In this document: positions 40,799-49,336 of the stretch, one piece after another
Position numbering within the stretch: the first letter of the stretch is position 1
How the letters are laid out: every line of letters starts with the position of its first letter
DNA from: Acidobacteriota bacterium
GTDB taxonomy: Bacteria > Acidobacteriota > Terriglobia > Terriglobales > Acidobacteriaceae
Length of the DNA stretch: 64,000 nucleotides
Direction of reading: 5' to 3'
Assembly (NCBI GenBank): GCA_021780075.1
Contig: JAJXZL010000024.1
Location: forward strand, 3,975-67,974
Program-made: the position numbers and the translations under genes
The notes under the pieces: model-generated
What the model was told of the DNA's origin: nothing
Seen by the model: only the letters and a program-made list of their open reading frames with translations
Database searches by the model: none

Positions 40799-42871
40799 AT
40801 GGTTTTTGACAAGGTCACACGAGGCGAGAAGCTCTCCAGCGTCAAGCTGACAGCGGTGCAATACGGCATCCTGTTGATGATGCTGGCTCTAGCTGCCGGC
40901 CTGTGGCGGCTGCAGGTGCTCGGCGCTGACAACTTCCGCGTGCTGGCCGAGCAGAACCGCATTCGCAAGGTGCCTATACTGGCCGGGCGGGGCAAGCTCT
41001 TTGACCGCGAAAACCGGCTGATCGTGGACAACTACCCATCTATCTCCTGCTTTCTGGTGCGCGAGCAGAGCCGTAACGTGGACGCCGATCTGCCTCTGAT
41101 TGCGCGTGGACTGCATCTGGACCTGGACCAGTTGCGTACTGCTCTGCATCGCTACCGCACCGCGCCGGGCTATCAGCCCATCCCCATCAAGCAGGATGTG
41201 ACCGCCGACGAGCAGGCGTTTATCGAGGCACACCGCAACGAGCTGCCCGAGTTGGAGACGATCGACGAGGAGCGCAGGCTCTATCCGCGCGACGGCTATG
41301 CTGCGCATCTGATCGGCTATGTGGGCGAGGTGAGCGAAGAAATGCTCAATGACCCACGCTATGCGGCCTATGAACCGGGCGACGTAGTGGGCAAGGCGGG
41401 TGTTGAGGAGACCTACGACCAGTTGCTGCGGGGCCGAGATGGCTCCCGCGATGTGATTGTGGACAGCCACGGGCGCGAGGTGGGCTACCTGCGCACCCAG
41501 CATGCCATCCCCGGTCAAGATCTGCGCCTGACCATCGACAACGATCTGCAGCGCGCCGCGGAGCTTGCCATGGGCGACCGCGATGGCGCCATCGTGGCCA
41601 TGGACCCGCGCAACGGCGAGATTCTGGCCATGGTCTCGCGGCCCAGCTTCGACCCAAATGCCTTTGCTGTCCGCATCGGCCGCTCGGACTGGAACAAGTT
41701 GTTGTCCGACCCGTCACATCCGCTGATGAATAAGGCCATCCAAGCACAGCTTGCGCCGGGATCAACCTTCAAGATCCTCATGTCCGTGGCGGGACTGCAG
41801 GAAGGGCTGGCGCAGGATCTGCACGTCTACTGCAATGGCGGAGCCAATTTCTACGGCCACTACTACCATTGCGATGCCAAGCACGGGGCGGTGGACATTC
41901 ACAATGCCATTCCCTACTCCTGCGACACGTTTTATTACACCCTGGCCGACAAGCTGGGGATCGACCGCATTGCTGCCTACGCCACGCGCTTTGGCTATGG
42001 CCAGAAGACAGGCATTGACCTGCCCGGCGAGCAGGCGGGGCTGATGCCCTCCGCGCAGTGGGTGATGAAGTATTACCACCGCAAGTGGTATGCGGGAGAA
42101 ACCATTTCCGTAGGCATTGGACAGGGCGCCATTGAGGCCACGCCGCTGCAACTGGCGCGCATCATCGGCGGCATCGCTTCCGACGGCCACATGGTGAGGC
42201 CGCATGTCACCTTCCCCGATGAGCTACCGGCCGACTTTCGGCATGCGCTGCAGGACACCTATCCAGGCTCCGGCAATGCATACATTCCGATCAATCCCGA
42301 GGACTGGATTACGATTACCGACGGAATGGCCCAGGTGACAGAGCCGGGGGCATTTCATACCGCGGGTTCGGCGCACCTGGACGGCATTGATCTGGCGGGG
42401 AAGACAGGCACCGCCCAGGTGATGAGCCATGAGGCCCTGGACCGTTCGAACAAAGGCCGGTCTACCTTCCCCAATGCTTGGTTTGTGGGCGTCACGCCGC
42501 GCCGTAACCCGGAGCTGGTGGTGGCCGTGCTGTGGCAGAACGGCGAGTTCAGCTACTATCCCGCGCGCATCGGCGCCAAGGTGGTGGCGGCCTACGTGGA
42601 GAAGCAGCGTCGGCTGGCGCATAACCTGCAGCCCACCAAGGCTCCGGCTCCCGTGGAAGTAGGTGCGGTGTGGTCCGTGCCCAATGCGAAGGGCGGCAAG
42701 GACACGGGCGAAACGGCACACATCCGCGCCGGGCATTTCTTCGTGAATCCCGGCGCAGATTCACGCCCGGCTTTGGCGCGGGATGCGCGTGGTCAGGCAG
42801 CTGGCCCGGCACATCCGGGTCCCGCGCAGATGGGTATGGCCCTGCGGGAACTGCCCTGGAGGAAGCCATGA
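40799..42871 (+). CDS. mrdA: Penicillin-binding protein 2 (elongasome transpeptidase)
   Basis: 690 aa: PBP dimerisation domain, active-site APGSTFK, SCD(T) motif YSCDTFY, KTGTAQV. Confidence 0.94.
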   Translation: MVFDKVTRGEKLSSVKLTAVQYGILLMMLALAAGLWRLQVLGADNFRVLAEQNRIRKVPILAGRGKLFDRENRLIVDNYPSISCFLVREQSRNVDADLPLIARGLHLDLDQLRTALHRYRTAPGYQPIPIKQDVTADEQAFIEAHRNELPELETIDEERRLYPRDGYAAHLIGYVGEVSEEMLNDPRYAAYEPGDVVGKAGVEETYDQLLRGRDGSRDVIVDSHGREVGYLRTQHAIPGQDLRLTIDNDLQRAAELAMGDRDGAIVAMDPRNGEILAMVSRPSFDPNAFAVRIGRSDWNKLLSDPSHPLMNKAIQAQLAPGSTFKILMSVAGLQEGLAQDLHVYCNGGANFYGHYYHCDAKHGAVDIHNAIPYSCDTFYYTLADKLGIDRIAAYATRFGYGQKTGIDLPGEQAGLMPSAQWVMKYYHRKWYAGETISVGIGQGAIEATPLQLARIIGGIASDGHMVRPHVTFPDELPADFRHALQDTYPGSGNAYIPINPEDWITITDGMAQVTEPGAFHTAGSAHLDGIDLAGKTGTAQVMSHEALDRSNKGRSTFPNAWFVGVTPRRNPELVVAVLWQNGEFSYYPARIGAKVVAAYVEKQRRLAHNLQPTKAPAPVEVGAVWSVPNAKGGKDTGETAHIRAGHFFVNPGADSRPALARDARGQAAGPAHPGPAQMGMALRELPWRKP

Positions 42872-43980
42872 GCCAGATGCGCCGCTTCCTCAGCTTTCGT
42901 GACTTCGACTGGGCCCTGCTGGCCATGGTGGCTCTGCTCTGCGCTTTGTCAGTGTTCGAGATTTACTCGGCCACGCTGCATACCAAGTACACGGGCTTCC
43001 ACACCAAACAAATGTTCTGGATTGCAGGTGGACTGGCAGCAATGTTCCTGTTCGCCAAGATCGACTACCACCGCCTGCTCGACTGGGTTCCGTGGGCGTA
43101 TGGCTTCTGCGTGGTAGCGCTGGTGGCAGTGATGGTGCCGGGCATTGGGCACAAGGCCTTGGGAGCGCGGCGCTGGATTAAACTTGGGCCGATCCTCTTC
43201 CAGCCTTCCGAGTGGGTGAAGGTCGTCCTCATCCTGGTCGTGGCACGCTACTTTGCCAACCTGGGCGCGCGCAGCCTCACCGGAAGAGACATCCTGAAGG
43301 CCCTTGCGCTGGTGGGCATCCCCATGCTGCTGGTGCTGAAGCAGCCCGATCTGGGAACCGCGCTGACCTACACGCCGATTCTGATTGCCGGGCTGTTTCT
43401 GGGCGGCATCAACCTGCGGCAGTCGCTCATTCTGATCACGGCCGCAATTGTTCTTGTGGCGGGTGCCTGGTCCAGTGGGAAGGCGCTGAAGCCCTACCAG
43501 AAGGCGCGCCTGACCAGCTTCATCAATCCCGACAATGACCCACGGGGCACCGGCTACCAGATTCGCCAGTCTCTCATTGCCGTGGGCTCGGGAGGCATCT
43601 GGGGTCAGGGCGCGGAGAAAGGCACCCAGACCCAAGGGGACTTTCTGCCCATCCCGCACGCGGATTTTATCTTTGCCGCGTTCAGCGAGGAACATGGCTT
43701 TGCGGGCGCGGTTTTAGTGCTGCTGCTATACTTCCTCATATTGATGCGTTTGATTCAGAACGCTCAAACAGCAGCCGACTTGCCCGGGGCCCTGATTATT
43801 ATGGGGGTCGTGGCTGTGTTGACCTTTCAGATTGCGGTCAATGTGGGCATGGTAATCGGGTTTATGCCCGTCACCGGAATCCCTTTACCGTTAATGAGTT
43901 ACGGCGGGTCTTCGGTGTTGTTTACCTTCCTGGCGCTGGGCGTGGCGATGAACGTGCGCATGCGCAGGTTTGTAAACTGA
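42868..43980 (+). CDS. rodA: Peptidoglycan glycosyltransferase RodA (SEDS family)
   Basis: MSQMRRFLSFRDFDWALL..., FQPSEWVKV, KQPDLGTAL, DFIFAAFSEEHGF, GIPLPLMSYGGSS. The ATG overlaps the mrdA stop (ATGA). The ORF-track start at 42670 is trimmed. Confidence 0.95.
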   Translation: MSQMRRFLSFRDFDWALLAMVALLCALSVFEIYSATLHTKYTGFHTKQMFWIAGGLAAMFLFAKIDYHRLLDWVPWAYGFCVVALVAVMVPGIGHKALGARRWIKLGPILFQPSEWVKVVLILVVARYFANLGARSLTGRDILKALALVGIPMLLVLKQPDLGTALTYTPILIAGLFLGGINLRQSLILITAAIVLVAGAWSSGKALKPYQKARLTSFINPDNDPRGTGYQIRQSLIAVGSGGIWGQGAEKGTQTQGDFLPIPHADFIFAAFSEEHGFAGAVLVLLLYFLILMRLIQNAQTAADLPGALIIMGVVAVLTFQIAVNVGMVIGFMPVTGIPLPLMSYGGSSVLFTFLALGVAMNVRMRRFVN

Positions 43981-44544
43981 CGGTCCCGGCCATTGGGTTG
44001 TGGGACCGGGAAGCACAGGTTCAGCTCTTGTGCGCCACCGGAGTTTCCGGGCCACAAGTGATTTTATTTTCAAGTATGTAGCCGGCCAGGTCCGATGGAT
44101 CCGAGTCCGGCAGGATTGAGTTCATGAGCACGCAGAGACGGGAAATCCGTTGGCAGCGTACAGGTTGCACGGCATGCGCCGCAGCATCCGGGGGCCCTCG
44201 CGGGAGATTCTTGTCGCAGGGGTGGAAGGAATCGGGGTATGGAACCCCCTCCTCCGGCACGCGAGCAGACCATACGAACGCCAGCGGTGGAACGGCCCCG
44301 CCAGCAGCCCTGGTAAGGTTGGCCACAAACTCTCTGCAGTCGGATCACTTTTTCGGACAGCTTGTTCGGCAGGACATCCGCCGCGGTTCGTCGCCCCCCG
44401 GGGCAGGCAGCCGTGCGGCTACCGGCGTACCAGCGACACGCAGGTCATCCCATTTGCCCATCTCCATCCCGCCCGGTTCCTCCTCTTTCCATCCAGCCTC
44501 GCCGCAGGCCCCAGAAGGTAATCCCCACTGGGCGGAAAGGTACG

Positions 44545-47442
44545 ATGGCAAAAGAGATTTGTATTTCCAGCACGCCGCATGAGACGCGGCTTGCGATTCT
44601 TGAAGACGATCAACTCGCGGAAATCTACTACGAACGCGAAAATGAATATACCCTTGCGGGCTCCATTTACAACGGGCGCGTTACACGCGTGCTGCCCGGC
44701 ATGCAGTCGGCCTTTGTCGATATCGGGTTGGAGCGCGACGCATTCCTTTATGTAACGGACTTTCTGGAGCTTGAAGACCAGGAAGAGACCGACGAACTGG
44801 AGAAGGCAGCATCCAGCGGCGGTGTGCAGCCTCCCCGCGAGGTGCGCCGCGGTGCAGGCCAAAAGCAGGACCAGCGGCGCGAGCGCCCCGTCCGGGAACG
44901 CGCCACGGCGGCCGACGCCGGAGCCGAAGCCGAAAACACAGAAGCGACTGAAACCCTGATCATTTCCGAGCAGACAGAGACTGTAGAGGAACCCTCAGGC
45001 GAACCAGGCGCGAAGCGCTGGCGCGGACGCAGACGGCGTCGCGGCGGGCGCGGCGGAGCGGGCACAAACGAGGGCCAGGCGGAAACCACTGAAACCGCGG
45101 AAGCCGCTCCCATAGCTGCTCCCGAGCCGGAACCAGCGGTGACGCACGAGATTCATGCCACGGCCGCAACCCGCGCAGAGCGAGGAGAGCGCAGAGAACA
45201 CGCAGAGCATGCCCCGGCGCCCTTTGTGCTGCCCGGCGAGACGCTCTCAAAGTACGGCGGCAAGCCAGCGGAAGAAGCGGCCCGTCCCGAAGCCCAGCCG
45301 GCCAGACAGCCCGCCCGTCCGGTCAGTACATACAAGCCCGCTTCGCTGATTGAAACACCCATCGTGTGGGATGGAAGCGGCCTGCTGCCCGGCGAGACTC
45401 TCTCAAGGCACCGCAGGGAGCCGGAGCCTACCCTGGAGGTGGATGCCGAGCCGCAGGGCGTCTTTTCCGATTCGGCTGAAGCCCGCGCCGAGGAAGAGAC
45501 CTTTATCGAGGAGTTGATTGAGTATCAGCCTGAAGCGGTCACCGAACCCGCGGAGGAACTGCCGGTCGAAGAGGAGCTGACGGAGGAGACCACTGTGGCA
45601 GCGGCCGAGCAGCCCGGCACCGAGCCCAGCGTCGAGCCCGGAACGGACGAGCCGGAGCCGAATGCAACCGCCTCGCATCATGTAGATCCCCTGCCGCCCA
45701 GCAGCTTTAGAATTTTCGGCCTCGGCGGCAAGAAGAAAAAAACCGAAGAGCACGCACAGCCCGCAGAAGAAGTTGCCGCGGCACCCAAACCCTCATCGGT
45801 GACGTCCGTCTCAGCCTTTGCGCCCGGCAGCGGGCTGGTTGAGGAAGAGGTCATCGAAGGAGAGGAGCTGGATGTGCCCGGCCACCACGTGCACCACAAG
45901 GCCGAAGAGCATGACCTGGATGAGTATGAGGAGGAGACGCTGCAGACCCAGATTCGCTCCGGCGAACTGGGCGAGATGCTGCAGGAGGCTCACCTCGACC
46001 ACCGCCTCCAGTTGGACTTTGACGACAAGAGTACCGAAGAAGAGGAAGACGAGATCTTCGGGGGCGAGGAAGAAGAGGACGAGCCCGTTGCCGCTGAAGG
46101 CCAGCCCGCAGGCGAAGGACAAGGGCAGCCGCGCCGCGATCGCGGAGGGCGTGGCCGTCGTGGCCGTGGAGCACAAGGCGCTCCAAGCCAGGGCGGGCGC
46201 CGAGGCCCCTCGCGCCGCGCTGCACAAACCAGTGATCTGCCCATCATCAGCGACCTGCTGAAGCCGGGCCAGGAGATTCTGGTTCAGATTGCCAAGGAGC
46301 CGATCGCCAAGAAGGGGGCGCGCATCACCAGCCACATCGCCCTGCCAGGCCGCTTCCTGGTCTTTATGCCCACGGTGTCGCATGTGGGCGTGAGCCGCAA
46401 GATCGCCTCCGACGAGGAACGCCAGCGGCTGAAGCGGATTCTGGTAAGCGAGCGCGGCGAGGCCTCGGGTGGCTTTATCGTCCGCACCGCGGCCGAGGGC
46501 GCATCCGAGGAAGAGCTGCGCGCCGACCTGCGCTTCCTGATTCACCTGTGGAACGAGATCAAGCAGCGCTCGGAGAATTCGAAGTCGCCTGCGCTGATCT
46601 ACCACGATCTGTCTCTCATTGAGCGCATTCTGCGTGATCAGATAAGCGCGAACTTCTCCTCTGTCTGGGTTGACTCCGAGGCAGACTACGAGCGGATTGT
46701 GCGCTTCCTGAACCGCTTTTCGCCGTCCTTGGTGCGGCGCGTGAAGCTCTACACCAAGGAGACTCCGCTCTTTGAGCATTTCGGCATTCAGGACGAAATC
46801 TCAAAGGCGCTGCGCTCCAAGGTATGGCTTAAGAGTGGCGGATCGATTGTCATCAACCAGACTGAGGCGCTGGTGGCCATCGACATCAACACAGGCAAGT
46901 ACGTGGGCAAGACGGCACGGCTTGAGGACACCATCGTCAAGACCAACCTGGACGCGATTCCCGAAATCGTGCGCCAGATTCGCCTGCGCGACCTGGGCGG
47001 CATCATCATCATCGACTTCATTGACATGGATGAGCGCAAGAACCGCTTCAGGGTGATGGCTGCACTTGAGGAAGCTCTCAAGAATGACCGCGCGCCCACC
47101 AAAGTTCTGCAATTCAATGACTTCGGGCTGGTTGCCATTACGCGCAAGCGGGTCAAGCAGTCGCTGGAGAGGACGCTCAGCGTGCCCTGTCCGGTGTGCC
47201 AGGCGACGGGCATGGTCAAGAGCCCCGCAACGGTGTGCAACGAGATTTATACCGAGTTGCGCAAGATGCGGAAGCACTTTGAAAGTGCGGATGTGCTCCT
47301 GCGCGTGAACCCCGAAACGGTAAAGGTGCTCAAGGCCAATAATGCGCGCTGGCTGGTGGAGTTCGAGGAACTGGTGGGCAAAAACATCCTGGTGAAGAGT
47401 GACGCCAGCCTGCACCCGGAGCAGTTTGACATCCAGGGGTAG
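44545..47442 (+). CDS. rne: Rne/Rng-family endoribonuclease (RNase E/G) with a ~490-aa insertion inside the S1 domain
   Basis: N-terminus MAKEICISSTPHETRLAILEDDQLAEIYYERENEYTLAGSIYNGRVTRVLPGMQSAFVDIGLERDAFLYV (S1 first half). The homology resumes at LKPGQEILVQIAKEPIAKKGARITSHIALPGRFLVFMP. The catalytic core has TEALVAIDINTGK, DLGGIIIIDFIDM and Zn-link CPVCQATG. The ORF-track start at 44362 is trimmed. Confidence 0.9.
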   Translation: MAKEICISSTPHETRLAILEDDQLAEIYYERENEYTLAGSIYNGRVTRVLPGMQSAFVDIGLERDAFLYVTDFLELEDQEETDELEKAASSGGVQPPREVRRGAGQKQDQRRERPVRERATAADAGAEAENTEATETLIISEQTETVEEPSGEPGAKRWRGRRRRRGGRGGAGTNEGQAETTETAEAAPIAAPEPEPAVTHEIHATAATRAERGERREHAEHAPAPFVLPGETLSKYGGKPAEEAARPEAQPARQPARPVSTYKPASLIETPIVWDGSGLLPGETLSRHRREPEPTLEVDAEPQGVFSDSAEARAEEETFIEELIEYQPEAVTEPAEELPVEEELTEETTVAAAEQPGTEPSVEPGTDEPEPNATASHHVDPLPPSSFRIFGLGGKKKKTEEHAQPAEEVAAAPKPSSVTSVSAFAPGSGLVEEEVIEGEELDVPGHHVHHKAEEHDLDEYEEETLQTQIRSGELGEMLQEAHLDHRLQLDFDDKSTEEEEDEIFGGEEEEDEPVAAEGQPAGEGQGQPRRDRGGRGRRGRGAQGAPSQGGRRGPSRRAAQTSDLPIISDLLKPGQEILVQIAKEPIAKKGARITSHIALPGRFLVFMPTVSHVGVSRKIASDEERQRLKRILVSERGEASGGFIVRTAAEGASEEELRADLRFLIHLWNEIKQRSENSKSPALIYHDLSLIERILRDQISANFSSVWVDSEADYERIVRFLNRFSPSLVRRVKLYTKETPLFEHFGIQDEISKALRSKVWLKSGGSIVINQTEALVAIDINTGKYVGKTARLEDTIVKTNLDAIPEIVRQIRLRDLGGIIIIDFIDMDERKNRFRVMAALEEALKNDRAPTKVLQFNDFGLVAITRKRVKQSLERTLSVPCPVCQATGMVKSPATVCNEIYTELRKMRKHFESADVLLRVNPETVKVLKANNARWLVEFEELVGKNILVKSDASLHPEQFDIQG

Positions 47443-47459
47443 ACTGTCTAGTACACATC

Positions 47460-47500
47460 GAGCCTGAGGCTGGAGCATCCCTCCAGCCTCAGGCTCTTCT
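47460..47500 (+). terminator. Terminator hairpin downstream of the RNase gene
   Basis: GAGCCTGAGGCTGGAG (47460-47475) and CTCCAGCCTCAGGCTC (47481-47496) form a perfect 16-bp stem with a 5-nt loop. Only a short TTCT follows. Confidence 0.65.
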
Positions 47501-47608
47501 GGAGGAGCCGCGCAACCTCACAGCGAAAAGCTGTGTCTAAGCAGTTATCTGAAGCTGCGTAAGGGATCGCGCAGGTACTGCAAAAATTTCGACCCACGAG
47601 GTAAAAGC

Positions 47609-48475
47609 ATGTCATTGCTAAGATCGACATCGTTGATGCGGCATGTCACCATCCTTTCGGCTGCGGTGGTTTTCGCAGCCGGCTCCGCGAGTGCCCAGTT
47701 CGCCGCCTCTGCCAGCGCGCCCAGCGCGGCAACTCCTTCGGCTGGCGAATCCAGTTCCAGCACATGGGAGCTTGTGGCCAATAACGCCGGCAGCGCAGAT
47801 GGCCTGCCCGCAGCTCCTGCTCCCGAGGGCGCCGCCGCCGGACAAGGAGGCGGATATCAGTCGCACAGCATCTGGAGCCATCTGACGTATGAAGTGGGCG
47901 GCGGCTTCAACGCGCCGTCGACCGGGTCATCCAAGTACATTACCTGGGGCGGTCAATTCAACCTGGGTGCGGGCTACCGCTTCAATCCGCACTTCAGCAC
48001 GCTGATTGAATACCAGTTCATGGATGACAAGATCCCGGGTGCGATCATTGCGCAATCGGGAGCCACAGGCGGCAACGATCACATCTGGTCGTTCACGCTC
48101 GCGCCAGTGTATGAGCTGTTCCCACAACGCACGAATGACATCTACGTCACCGGCGGCGGCGGCTTCTATCGGAAGTTGACGAACTTCACCGTCCTGCAGT
48201 CGACACAATTCTGCAGCTACTTCTATTGCGGCTATGGATACGCGCCTCAGACGGTTGGACACTTTTCAAGCAATCAGGGCGGCTGGAACATTGGCGGCGG
48301 CTTCAGCCACCGGATGGGCGGCCAGTACGGCGACAGCAAGGTAAAGCTGTTTGCCGAGGTGCGCTTCCTGGATGTGCTCTCGCCCGCGATGACGCTTGCG
48401 CCCAGCGGGCTGGGCGTGACCTCGGTGGGCCAGTACACCAAGGTGATTCCGGTTAACTTTGGCGTGCGCTGGTAA
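47609..48475 (+). CDS. Outer membrane beta-barrel (porin/OmpA-like beta-barrel family) protein
   Basis: Signal peptide ending AGSASAQ, alternating beta-strand pattern (NLGAGYRFNPHFSTLIEYQFMD), and terminal ...VNFGVRW (aromatic C-terminus). Confidence 0.75.
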   Translation: MSLLRSTSLMRHVTILSAAVVFAAGSASAQFAASASAPSAATPSAGESSSSTWELVANNAGSADGLPAAPAPEGAAAGQGGGYQSHSIWSHLTYEVGGGFNAPSTGSSKYITWGGQFNLGAGYRFNPHFSTLIEYQFMDDKIPGAIIAQSGATGGNDHIWSFTLAPVYELFPQRTNDIYVTGGGGFYRKLTNFTVLQSTQFCSYFYCGYGYAPQTVGHFSSNQGGWNIGGGFSHRMGGQYGDSKVKLFAEVRFLDVLSPAMTLAPSGLGVTSVGQYTKVIPVNFGVRW

Positions 48476-48495
48476 CCCCGGCGCGCCGCATCTCA

Positions 48496-48565
48496 ATCGC
48501 CCCCAGCTTTTCTGCTTTCACCCCCGCAGGAGAATGCAGAGAGGCGGGGGCGATATTTTCTTTTA
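48496..48565 (+). terminator. Hairpin plus T-tract between convergent genes
   Basis: ATCGCCCCC (48496-48504) pairs with GGGGGCGAT (48546-48554) across a long loop, followed by ATTTTCTTTTA. Confidence 0.45.
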
Positions 48566-48952
48566 CAGGATACCCAGGACTCTGAGCCGCACCAGGCCGC
48601 CGGCAAGCACGCCGAGCGGCGCAATGGCTACCTGTGCCAACTGGTACAAGATGGGCTGAAGTCCGCGAGACTGCAAGGTGCTGAGCGCGGCGAGCGCCAG
48701 AATGATGATCCCCAGCGCGAGCACATGAACCAGGGGATTGACCGCTCCGAGCCATGCGGTGACGTAACCGCCCGCAGCGCCGGCCAAAAACGAAGCGCCG
48801 AGGTTGACAACCGTATAGCTCAGGCCCGGCCTTGCCTCCACTGCGGTCAGGCTCGGCGCCAGCAGCTGCAACAGTCCCCGCAGCGCCAGGGCCACCAGCA
48901 CTACGGCGGCAAAGCCCGCCGCCAGCGACAAAAATGCATGCAGAATCACCAT
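48563..48952 (-). CDS. Hypothetical membrane protein (4 predicted TM)
   Basis: 129-aa, very hydrophobic ORF. The start overlaps the stop of the upstream ORF (ATGGTGA), indicating translational coupling. Confidence 0.6.
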   Translation of the reverse strand: MVILHAFLSLAAGFAAVVLVALALRGLLQLLAPSLTAVEARPGLSYTVVNLGASFLAGAAGGYVTAWLGAVNPLVHVLALGIIILALAALSTLQSRGLQPILYQLAQVAIAPLGVLAGGLVRLRVLGIL

Positions 48953-49320
48953 GGCTTTTTTCCCGTTTCAGTCGGTGTGCCCACTTCGCCCCGCTCGATG
49001 CGGCCAAGAAACGACCGCGCCAGGCGCGGCTCGCCGGGGTGACTCTCGCCGTGGATGGTGCAGAGGTCAAGAAACTCGTCGCTGAGAGCATTGGGTTCGC
49101 CTGACTGGTGGGAGATGGCCTGCAGGGCAAAGGCCAGTTCGCGCAGACGCGCGGCCTCAGGCCAGGCCTGTCCATCGCCTTCATCGCTGAACGGCTCGTA
49201 GTCCGAGAAGAGTCCATGGCGGCCGCTGGCGCATTCCTGAAGGCAGGCTAGCAGCTGGTTGGCAAAGACACGGCTCAGCGTTTCGAGTTGCTCGGGGTCG
49301 ATCGTGTTGTGCGGGTCCAT
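48946..49320 (-). CDS. Hypothetical acidic cytoplasmic protein
   Basis: 124 aa from the ATG at 49320 (MDPHNTIDPEQLETLSRVFANQLL...). It lies 16 nt downstream of the aminopeptidase stop. The longer 297-aa ORF-track version overlaps the aminopeptidase gene and is rejected. Confidence 0.55.
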   Translation of the reverse strand: MDPHNTIDPEQLETLSRVFANQLLACLQECASGRHGLFSDYEPFSDEGDGQAWPEAARLRELAFALQAISHQSGEPNALSDEFLDLCTIHGESHPGEPRLARSFLGRIERGEVGTPTETGKKPW

Positions 49321-49336
49321 GGGATTTTCCCTTCGG

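Noticed and set aside
44021-44582. Cluster of 60-150-aa ORFs on both strands between rodA and the RNase gene
   Set aside because: They overlap one another, have Arg/Pro/Gly-rich products and no recognisable domains. I treat the interval as a leader or non-coding region.
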